Source: Lachnospiraceae bacterium
GTDB taxonomy: Bacteria > Bacillota > Clostridia > Lachnospirales > Lachnospiraceae
Direction: 5' to 3'
NCBI GenBank assembly: GCA_014804225.1
Contig: JAAVAF010000052.1
Span: 1-37,218, forward strand
Length of the DNA stretch: 37,218 nt
The position numbers and the translations under genes were made by a program. The notes under the pieces were generated by a model that was not told where the DNA came from, did not search any database, and saw only the letters and a program-made list of their open reading frames with translations. How positions within the stretch are numbered: the stretch's first letter is position 1; each line of letters starts with the position of its first letter. Of the stretch, positions 1-8,200 are shown one piece after another.

Positions 1-97
1 TTCTTTCTTTTTTATATAAATTTAATATATTTATAATTTAGATTATAGAGTATGACACAATGTCATGGTCAATTCACTTTAAACAAAATAATTTCAC

Positions 98-137
98 AAA
101 AAAATCCCGTTTGCACTGTGAATTATGTACAAACGGG
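98..137 (-). terminator. Intrinsic terminator downstream of Rpn-like remnant 1
   Basis: Inverted repeat CCCGTTTG (106-113) / CAAACGGG (130-137), followed on the minus strand by a T7 run (98-104). Confidence 0.7.
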
Positions 138-212
138 TACCTGATTTTGTTCTGTGATTTGGCGCTATCTACAAACAAGCTTGTTGATGATGCTGTGCGG
201 ATTTGGACCGTT

Positions 213-560
213 TTACACTGTCTGAAGTTCCGCAAGCTGCTCCACTTCCGCAACACTAAGCCCTGTATCTTCTGCAATCTCCTCGATTGTCAGCTTTCCG
301 CGTTTCAGGAGACTAAGCGCTGTTTTCTTTTTTGTTTCACTTCTTCCTCTGGCTTCTCCTATTTCTATTCCTTCTTCTCTTCCTTCTTCTCGGATTCCCT
401 TCACAAATACCTTCTCATCAAATTCCGTTATACACACACTTAACACCTCCGCTTTATGCTTTCTCAAAAAAGCCTTCATGATTCCATCTGCAATGCAGCT
501 GTTTACTGCCGCATCAACCGCTTCCTTTACGTCCATCCCTTTTTTTCGGTTGTCACGTAT
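213..560 (-). pseudogene. 5'-truncated Rpn/PD-(D/E)XK-nuclease-like gene; only the C-terminal part remains. Probable expressed small ORF 437->213 (74 aa, GTG start)
   Basis: Translation has the typical tail ..FLRKHKAEVLSVCITEFDEK..GIREEGREEGIEIGEARG..EEIAEDTGLSVAEVEQL (EEG repeats plus HTH-like end). The frame stays open upstream of ATG 536 (IRDNRKKG) and then hits a stop. Internal RBS GGAGGTG (444-450) lies 6 nt before GTG 437. Confidence 0.7.
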
Positions 561-609
561 CCTAATATATTATACTCCCTTGTATTACAGCATTTATTCC
601 TTAAACATT

Positions 610-664
610 CGATCGTATGTTCTTATCCGGAATTAAATATAACATATGTTCGATACATTGTCAA
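610..664 (-). promoter_or_regulatory. Sigma-A promoter with two candidate LexA (SOS) boxes
   Basis: TTGACA (659-664), 17 bp, TGn-TATATT (636-641). CGAACATATGTTAT (639-652) overlaps the spacer and -10, and AGAACATACGATCG (610-623) is just downstream of +1. Each box is one mismatch from the Firmicute GAAC-N4-GTTC core. Confidence 0.65.
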
Positions 665-754
665 TGATTTAGCGCAAAATCATGATTATTGTTCTATCAT
701 TTTAACGCATAATCAAGATTATTAACATCTAAATTTTGCACAAAAACAAGATTA

Positions 755-1588
755 TTATATTTCCTCTACCGGCACACTCAGCAGTACATACTGCCATTCA
801 CTATCATCTTCATAGGAAAAACCAATTTTAACACCCAGCATATCACCTGTTATACGGAGATTTTTCTGGTTTGTGTATTCCAAAAAATCTCCAAAAAGCA
901 GTTTTTTCAGTTTTTCTTTTGACATTTGCTCTTCCTTTTCCATATCAATTGGAATTTTCACGAAACGCATAATGCTTGGGCGGCTTTCATAATGTTTTAA
1001 GGACGGTTCGATTTCCACACCGTATAAGCCCATCAAAAGCTCTTTTGCGGCGATGCCTTCGCTGTATACCAGACGCTCGCGCTCCACGTTCTCTTTGTCA
1101 AAGATATAAATGTATTTCAATTCGGGACATTTTTCCATGAATTTCCGATATTCTATTCCGTTTTTTCCCTCCATGTTGGTATGCCCATTCCTGTGATGAA
1201 GAATATAATATAAAGACTGGCATTTCTTTTCTGTAATTTCTTTGTTTTCGGCAATTCCTTTTTTCATAAGAATAACGTCATCGCTTAGCATCTGGCGCGT
1301 TGCCATAAGCTCCGATATTTTTTCATCAATTTCTTTCATTCTTATCTGAAATCGACGTAGTCCCATGCCCATATTTTCATGGAACAATTTTTCAATCTCA
1401 TTGTGATCGAAGCCGTTTTTTCTGTATCGCTCTATATAAATTGCCTTTTCCAAATCACTGTTGTCAAAAATCCGATACCCGTTCTGGTCGTTTCTTTGTG
1501 GATTTAAAAATCCCTTTTCCTCATAACGGCGAATCGTGTTCGTCGTCACATCCAATATTTTTGATAAATCGTTTGTGTTGTATTCCAT
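755..1588 (-). CDS. MerR-family transcriptional regulator (277 aa) with probable C-terminal effector-binding domain
   Basis: N-terminal MerR HTH (YNTNDLSKILDVTTNTIRRYEEKGFLNPQRNDQNGYRIF) followed by a coiled coil. Start moved from 1675 to ATG 1588 because of RBS GGAGTG at 1595-1600. Confidence 0.85.
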   Translation of the reverse strand: MEYNTNDLSKILDVTTNTIRRYEEKGFLNPQRNDQNGYRIFDNSDLEKAIYIERYRKNGFDHNEIEKLFHENMGMGLRRFQIRMKEIDEKISELMATRQMLSDDVILMKKGIAENKEITEKKCQSLYYILHHRNGHTNMEGKNGIEYRKFMEKCPELKYIYIFDKENVERERLVYSEGIAAKELLMGLYGVEIEPSLKHYESRPSIMRFVKIPIDMEKEEQMSKEKLKKLLFGDFLEYTNQKNLRITGDMLGVKIGFSYEDDSEWQYVLLSVPVEEI

Positions 1589-1615
1589 TTGCATCACTCC
1601 GCTTTCTTTATACGC

Positions 1616-1659
1616 AAAAACCGCGACAACAGACTTATCTCTCAAATCTATTGTCACGG
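1616..1659 (-). terminator. Long intrinsic terminator or attenuator between the 127-aa gene and the MerR gene
   Basis: CCGTGACAATAGATTT-7 nt-AAGTCTGTTGTCGCGG-TTTTT: a 16-bp stem with three G-U pairs, so it pairs fully only as minus-strand RNA. Confidence 0.7.
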
Positions 1660-1674
1660 ATTTCTTTCTTTTCA

Positions 1675-2058
1675 CTATTCTTCTTCCTCTAAATCCGTGT
1701 GAAACATGAGTAAAAATTCTGCACTGTTTTTCAGTATCAGCTTCATGACCACACCTTTTTGGTCTGCGGAAAGCTTTGTATAAATTCGCTTAACCGTGCC
1801 CAGATTGAGCTGCACTGACGTAAACATATCATCGCTTGTCAGACACATCACTCTGCCTGAAAGCTTCACTTCCGAGCAAACTACCGAAAACGACATATTG
1901 AGCCCTGTGCCGTCAGTCACGTCTTCAATGGTTGATAGCGCAATTGGTATCTGTTTTATATCGCTCAATACGGAAATCAGGCTATCGGCATCATTTACGG
2001 CAAGCAGACGATTACGCATTGTTTCCAAATAAACGGTCCAACTTTGCATTCCATCCAT
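1675..2058 (-). CDS. Hypothetical protein (127 aa)
   Basis: RBS AAAGGAGG before ATG 2058, a consensus promoter upstream and a terminator downstream. No recognisable motif. Confidence 0.75.
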   Translation of the reverse strand: MDGMQSWTVYLETMRNRLLAVNDADSLISVLSDIKQIPIALSTIEDVTDGTGLNMSFSVVCSEVKLSGRVMCLTSDDMFTSVQLNLGTVKRIYTKLSADQKGVVMKLILKNSAEFLLMFHTDLEEEE

Positions 2059-2090
2059 ACTCTGGCCTCCTTTGTGTTACTCCCCTTTCA

Positions 2091-2137
2091 TCGATGTTTG
2101 TTCAATAAGGCGACGCGCAAAGCGTGTCGGTGTTTGA
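2091..2137 (-). repeat. Solo copy (plus partial second copy) of the 37-bp palindromic repeat found in tandem at 33974-34121
   Basis: Minus strand reads TCAAACACCGACACGCTTTGCGCGTCGCCTTATTGA-ACAAACATCGA, versus CCAAACGCCGACACGCTTTGCGAGTCGTCTTATTGG-ACCAAACACCGA at 33975. Confidence 0.85.
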
Positions 2138-2180
2138 TGAGTTCACAGATGCTGCCAATGAGTGAATTACGTGTGTTATT

Positions 2181-2209
2181 ATTATAACGAATCTCAAAAA
2201 TTGTGTCAA
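2181..2209 (-). promoter_or_regulatory. Consensus sigma-A promoter for the 127-aa gene
   Basis: TTGACA (2204-2209), 17 bp, TATAAT (2181-2186). Confidence 0.85.
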
Positions 2210-2262
2210 CCACACTATTATTTTGTCCATTGCAAAAAATGCGTATACTTACATTTTTTGCC

Positions 2263-2360
2263 TATAGAAAAACGCAAGCTCGGCAGCTTGCGTTCAAAGA
2301 ATTTGCTTTGCAAATTCTTTTCTAAATGATTTACGCTGTCGCAATTTCCTATAAAAAAAG
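2263..2360 (-). repeat. Modular structured intergenic repeat, copy 1
   Basis: 29-bp core TATAGGAAATTGCGACAGCGTAAATCATT (2325-2353), then hairpins at 2296-2320 and 2271-2294, then a T run. An extra hairpin lies at 2232-2261. Confidence 0.85.
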
Positions 2361-2371
2361 ATTACGTTTGA

Positions 2372-3061
2372 CTACAATTTGAAACGATATCCGACGCCCC
2401 AGATTGTTTCGATATACTGCGGTTTACTTGTGTCGGTTTCTATTTTTTCACGAATCTTTTTGATGTGGACCGTGACGGTCGCAATGTCACCGATCGAGTC
2501 CATATCCCATATTTCCCTAAAAATTTCTTCCTTTGTAAAGACATGGTTCGGATTTTCGGCAAGGAACGTCAAAAGGTCAAATTCTTTTGTGGTGAAGGTC
2601 TTTTCCTCACCATCAATAAACACGCGTCTTGCGGTCTTGTCAATACGAATCCCTCGAATTTCAATAATGTCGTTATCCTTTGAGTGACTGCCGACCAGAC
2701 GCTCATAACGCGACATATGCGCTTTCACTCTTGCCACAAGCTCGCTTGGGCTGAATGGTTTTGTAAGGTAATCGTCCGCACCTAAGCCTAGACCTCTGAT
2801 CTTGTCAATATCATCCTTTTTTGCAGACACCATCAAGATCGGCACATTTTTTTCCTCACGGATGCGCTTGCAGATTTCAAAACCATCTATTCCGGGAAGC
2901 ATGAGATCCAGTATGACCAAATTAAAATCTTCGGAAAGCGCGGCTGCAAGCCCCGTATCACCATTGTTTTCGATGGTCACCTCAAAGTCATTCAGCTCCA
3001 GATAATCCTTCTCTAGCTCTGCGATTGCTTCCTCGTCCTCAACGATTAATATTTTGCTCAT
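2372..3061 (-). CDS. OmpR/PhoB-family response regulator (229 aa)
   Basis: Receiver motifs ILIVEDE, LDLMLP, GADDYLTKPF and winged-helix end IETIWGVGYRF. RBS GGAGG before ATG 3061. Confidence 0.95.
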   Translation of the reverse strand: MSKILIVEDEEAIAELEKDYLELNDFEVTIENNGDTGLAAALSEDFNLVILDLMLPGIDGFEICKRIREEKNVPILMVSAKKDDIDKIRGLGLGADDYLTKPFSPSELVARVKAHMSRYERLVGSHSKDNDIIEIRGIRIDKTARRVFIDGEEKTFTTKEFDLLTFLAENPNHVFTKEEIFREIWDMDSIGDIATVTVHIKKIREKIETDTSKPQYIETIWGVGYRFKL

Positions 3062-3101
3062 AATAGTCCTCCAAATTTTTTGATATTTATATATTGCGTT
3101 T

Positions 3102-4256
3102 TTATATAATAACATCCTCTTCATTTTTCATGTATTTTCGCAGCACGAAATGCAGGCAGGTGCCCTCGCCTTCTTTGCTTGTTGCCCACACATAACCGCC
3201 GTGATCTTCGACAATCTTTTTCACGATGCTAAGTCCGATGCCGCTGCCACCCTGAAGTGAATTTCTTGAAGCATCTGTCCGATAAAACCGTTCAAAAATG
3301 TTTCCGATATCTTTTGCCGCAATGCCTTTTCCATTGTCCTCAAGCTCGATTCTGACAGATTCGTTGTCGTCGATGATGCGGATATCGATGACGCCATGGT
3401 CATGTCCGATGTACTTTACGCTGTTGCTTACAATGTTATTGATTACTTTTTTAAACTGCTCGGGATCCGCAACCACACAAGTGTCGGGCGGCGCAAGGTT
3501 CGTGTAATTTAAATGGATATTTTTGGATTCCAAATCCAGTCCAATTTCCTCGATACAATCGGAAAAATAATCGGAAACATTCAGCACATGAAAATGGTAC
3601 GGGATTTTGTTGGTACCGATTCCGGAATATGTTGTAAGCTCATTGATTAGTCTATCCATGTCGTTTGCTTTATTATAAATCGTTTTGATATACTTATCCA
3701 TCTTTTCGGGCGTATTTGCAACCCCATCCATAATACCCTCAACGTAACCTTTGATGGATGTTATGGGTGTTTTTAAATCGTGGGAAATATTGCTGATCAA
3801 CTCTTTCTGCTTTTTTTCATTTTCTTCATTCTCTTCTCTGTTTTCTTTCAGCCTCAGCCGCATATGTTCATAATTTTGAAAAAGCTGTCCTAACTCGTCG
3901 GTGCGCTGCTCCGGCAAGCGATGTTCCAAGTCGCCGACTGCAATACTCTGCATCGCGCTGCTGAGCTCTTTAATCGGGTTGTAAATACCGACCCGAATCC
4001 AGCTTGTGATAATAAAGCTTGTCATGACGAGAATGACGAGCATAATAACTGCAAAGCACAACAAAAACGTTCTGCTGATCATTTTGCCAATCATGATGTC
4101 TTCTTTTGACAATTCATGTACAATATTGATATTTTCATGATGAGCAAATCCAAGCAGCGTCATCACTCCCGCAATCATTGGGATAAAAATGATCGCAAAG
4201 AAGATGATCATTAATTTTGCCGTCAGATTCATGCCCGCTTTGCGCTTTTTTTCCAT
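3102..4256 (-). CDS. Sensor histidine kinase with two TM helices, HAMP, HisKA and HATPase domains (384 aa)
   Basis: H-box SHDLKTPIT, N-box NIVSNSVKY, G-boxes DNGKGI and GSGIGL, F-box IFERFYR. RBS GGAGG before ATG 4256. Confidence 0.95.
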   Translation of the reverse strand: MEKKRKAGMNLTAKLMIIFFAIIFIPMIAGVMTLLGFAHHENINIVHELSKEDIMIGKMISRTFLLCFAVIMLVILVMTSFIITSWIRVGIYNPIKELSSAMQSIAVGDLEHRLPEQRTDELGQLFQNYEHMRLRLKENREENEENEKKQKELISNISHDLKTPITSIKGYVEGIMDGVANTPEKMDKYIKTIYNKANDMDRLINELTTYSGIGTNKIPYHFHVLNVSDYFSDCIEEIGLDLESKNIHLNYTNLAPPDTCVVADPEQFKKVINNIVSNSVKYIGHDHGVIDIRIIDDNESVRIELEDNGKGIAAKDIGNIFERFYRTDASRNSLQGGSGIGLSIVKKIVEDHGGYVWATSKEGEGTCLHFVLRKYMKNEEDVII

Positions 4257-4373
4257 TCTCCGTATACGCCTCCAACTTCTGTTGCTTTCAGTATAGCATA
4301 TCATTCCTTAAAATATAAAGCTTTTGGGATTTATTAATTTATTTTTTAACTTTAATTTATTTTTAATTTATTT

Positions 4374-4466
4374 TTAAAAAAATCGAGTGCCAGCGCACTC
4401 GATTGCAAAAAGCTTCGCTTTTTGTTTCAATGATTTACGCTGTCGCAATTTCCTATAAAATAAAAA
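4374..4466 (-). repeat. Modular structured intergenic repeat, copy 2
   Basis: Core at 4429-4457 is identical to copy 1. It is followed by hairpin CAAAAAGC-GAA-GCTTTTTG (4406-4424), hairpin AATCGAGTGC-4 nt-GCACTCGATT (4381-4404) and a T run. Confidence 0.85.
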
Positions 4467-4478
4467 TGGTTTTCCCGC

Positions 4479-4507
4479 TTGACAAACGCATATGAAAAAA
4501 ATATAAT
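4479..4507 (+). promoter_or_regulatory. Consensus sigma-A promoter of the rubrerythrin gene
   Basis: TTGACA (4479-4484), 17 bp, TATAAT (4502-4507). Confidence 0.85.
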
Positions 4508-4574
4508 TTTTTACAGGCAATGTCTTCCAAAAAGGCATGTGTGATAGGAGAAAAAACAAGGAGGAAAATTCAAT

Positions 4575-5159
4575 ATGAAATATGTATGCAGTGTTTGCGG
4601 TTATGTTCACGAAGGAGATGCAGCACCGGAGGAGTGTCCGGTATGTCACGCAAAAGCGGACAAGTTCAACGAAGTTAAGGGCGAGATGACGCTTGCAGCG
4701 GAGCATGAGTACGGTATTTATGCAAAGACGGTAAAGAACAACAAGGACATCAGCGATGAAGATAAGAAGTATATTTTTGAGCAGCTCAAGGCAAACTTCA
4801 ACGGCGAGTGCTCTGAGGTTGGTATGTATCTTTGCATGGCTCGTATTGCACACAGAGAAGGCTATCCTGAAATCGGTCTTTACTGGGAGAAGGCTGCTTA
4901 TGAGGAAGCAGAGCATGCAGCAAAATTTGCTGAGATTTTAGGCGAGGATTTAGAGCCGAATATGAAGGCTACTACAAAGGACAACCTTGCATGGAGAGTG
5001 GAATGCGAATTCGGCGCAACGCAAGGTAAGTTTGATCTGGCAAAGTGTGCTAAGATGAATAATCTGGATGCGATTCATGACACGGTGCATGAAATGGCAA
5101 AGGATGAGGCAAGACACGGCAAGGCTTTGAAGGGATTGCTTGATAGATATTTTGGTTAA
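4575..5159 (+). CDS. rbr: Reverse rubrerythrin / NADH peroxidase
   Basis: N-terminal rubredoxin-like CSVC..CPVC and ferritin-like diiron motifs EEAEH and DEARH. RBS AAGGAGG. Confidence 0.92.
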   Translation: MKYVCSVCGYVHEGDAAPEECPVCHAKADKFNEVKGEMTLAAEHEYGIYAKTVKNNKDISDEDKKYIFEQLKANFNGECSEVGMYLCMARIAHREGYPEIGLYWEKAAYEEAEHAAKFAEILGEDLEPNMKATTKDNLAWRVECEFGATQGKFDLAKCAKMNNLDAIHDTVHEMAKDEARHGKALKGLLDRYFG

Positions 5160-5184
5160 ATAGTATTTTCTTTAAAAAAGTTTT

Positions 5185-5223
5185 AAAAAGGAAACCGATC
5201 GTTGATGACCGGTTTCCTTTTTT
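5185..5223. terminator. Bidirectional intrinsic terminator
   Basis: AAAAAGGAAACCG...CGGTTTCCTTTTTT between convergent genes. Confidence 0.85.
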
Positions 5224-5227
5224 GATT

Positions 5228-8200
5228 TTATTTGCTTGATAAGCTGCTTATCCTATTACTGATTGCTTTTGACATCTCTTTCCATGGCCTTAAATCTGTA
5301 TCTTGAATGGATCTTTGCGTTATCTTAAACTTCACTGCTTTTGTTCCACCGTATTTGCCGATACCTTGTATCACAACGGTTGCATTTCCTTTGTTGATAT
5401 TATTGAAGTGTGTTGCAATCTTATAGTCCTTATTCGGTTCAAGTGTTTCCTCTTTACCATTCACTTTGAGCGTTACTTTCAAATCAGTCGCTTCGAGCGT
5501 AATCGCTCTTCCCCTATAGGATTTTGTCACAGCCTTTCCATCCACTGCAGAAACAATCTTCGCTTTTGAGATATCGACACCCACTTTAAATTCTGCCGCC
5601 GGTGTGCTGCCTGTAAGGTCTTTGGATCCCTCTTTTGCCGTTGCCACTACATAGATGGTTTCGCCTTCTGTTCCAAACGTATCTGCAGAATATGGTGTCT
5701 GACCGTCTTCTTGGTAGACTGACAGTGTATACTGCGCGGCTTTCAGTGCAGTTCCGTTTCCGTCATTGATGGTTGCCTTTATCTTACCCGGCTTTCCGCC
5801 GACAGATGCCGTTACGGCATTTACCGTAAGCGTTGACATGTCAAGCTTATTAATCGTGTACTCTACCGGAGCGTGCTTCTTTGCATAGTTTCCTTTTCCG
5901 ACTACCGTAACGGTTCCTTTTGACGCCGCTGTCTTATTTTTTGCATACTTTAAAGTATAATCCTTTCCAAGCTTAAGAGGCACTTTTTTATATTCGACTG
6001 TCACTTTGGGGATTGCACCGCTTACCGCATAAGTTGCATCCTCCGCCTTTACTTCTGCCGTACTTATGTCTACTGCCGTAATCTTAAAGGTCTTTTTAAT
6101 GCTTGTGGTCTTATTCCCATCTTTTGCACCTGTTATCAGGATTGTCGCAGTTCCTTTATTGATGTTGTTTGAGACTGCTACATTGACGTTCATCGGTTGA
6201 TCGCTGTCTTTTATCTTGTATAAGCCCTTACTGTCGTCGGTAGGATTCGTATTTTGTATATAGGTTGCCTTTGAGCCGTCCTTGAATGTAAGTGTGAAAT
6301 CAGGATACCATGCTTCTCCTTTATATTCCACAGGAGCAATTTTGTCCATTTTGGCACCTTTAAGATCTGCGAGATTTTCCTTTACATCCTCTGTTTCTAC
6401 GATGCTGAATTTCTTGGAAAAAGCTTTTCCCGCATAGTTTCCTTTTCCAGTTACAATCACTTCCGCCGTGTCCGTTCCCGGTTTTACGTTGTTCTTATAA
6501 GAAACTTTATAGTCAACGTCCGGTGAAAGAATGGTTGTTCCATCTAGCACTTCAATATCGGGAATAATCTTTGCACCTGTATATGGATAGGATGGCTCAA
6601 GTCCGCGGATATAAATGTCTTCGACCTTGTCATCACCGCCTGACTCGTTTGTTCCACTTGACTCAGGTGTGCTTTCTGATTCGCCCGTATTGCTGCTTTC
6701 AGGTGTGCTTCCTGACTCGTTTGTATTGCCGGTTTCGGGCGTGCTTCCTGATTCGCCTGTATCGCCGCCTTCTGTGCTGCGCTCATAGAATGTCGGTTTC
6801 CAATCTTCTCCGAAGTACGCTTCTAATTTTTCCGGAGTGTCAATTGGATTGGTTGTTGTATATTTGTCTTTTCTTGGAGAAGTGTTATGGTTGATCTCTG
6901 TTCCATTTTTCAGTGTCGTATTATATTCCTTATAGTTGGCACTTTTTGGATCTCCATTCATGTTCCCCCAGCCGCTATCAGAAATAAGATTAGATGCTTC
7001 CTGTACGGTATTGACATAGGTTACTCTCGCCTTAGCGCCCCATGTTCTGCCTAATGTTCCTGCTCCTGCAGTAAATCCGCTTTCTTTCGGTTTCGTTATT
7101 GTACAATTATAGAAAAGATATCCTAATGTTGACGTATCCTTTGCTGCTGTGATATGTCCGCCTTTCTCTCCTTTTGAATTGTTTGTATATCCTATCCAAT
7201 TCAATTCACAATTCTCAAAAACTTGATTTCCGTCACCAAAAATATAGTCTGTGTTACCGGATATAAAGCAGTTTTTATAATACGCACGAGAATTTCCATC
7301 GCCTGTGTAAAGCGTATCCTGGCTGCTGTAAAATTTACAGTTATAGAACTCCGAACGGTCACTTCCCGTATCCAGAGCAATCGCTGCTGCACGTTCCGTT
7401 GCACTTATACTTGCTGCCTGTGTTGGTGTCACTGATGCAGTTCTTTTAAAAGAAATTTCCGTACCTGCCCCTTCAGTGCTAAGCGCAACACCGTCTGCAA
7501 TTTCTTCTTCCGTGATATAGCGGTTAAACGAATTCTCAAATATAATGTTTTTCGCTTTAAAATCGGTTGCTTTTACTCTTACCGCGCAGCCCCATCTTGC
7601 CGCATTATGTTTTTCGAATTTGTCATACGCACTTTCTTCATTGTAATAACCGGTTCCTTTTCCACCGCTGTCATCTGCACTGTAGTACGCATAACCGATA
7701 CCGTAATACCATGTAATCAATACATCCTGACTTGGCGTATCATTGATTAGTGTGATATAATTTGCATTTACAAACACTTGTTCTCTGTATGTGCCCGGAT
7801 AGATATGGACTGTGATGCGGTCTTCTTCTTTCTGCGGATTCATGCGTTTTGCCACTCTAAGCGCCGCATTGATTGTCGGGAAGTTATTTTCTTCTTCATC
7901 CGGATAGCCGACATATAAATCTTTTACCAAAGGAAGTGGTGAAGTATCAGTCGACGCAAGGAATAAATCCCGCTCAACACTCGCATTGTTTACAATAACA
8001 TGCGTTCTTGTACTATATCCATCCGCCGTAATTTCCGCAAGATAAGTTCCTTTTCTAAGATTTATACTATAAGCATCATTCTCAATCTGCGCTTCATAAA
8101 TATAATCATCATCTATATTTTTGAATACAAGCTTTGTGGCTTCAACGCCGGTAAGCGGTACTTCGCCGGAGCCGATAAACTTGCCGGAAACCGCCTGTTT

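Noticed and set aside
4334-4375. TTAATTTATTTT repeated three times upstream of the kinase as a regulator site
   Set aside because: Very low complexity and irregular spacing (18 and 11 bp), so it cannot be distinguished from AT-rich background.
4374-4916. 180-aa minus-strand ORF
   Set aside because: It is antisense to the well-supported rubrerythrin gene and ends in repeat copy 2.
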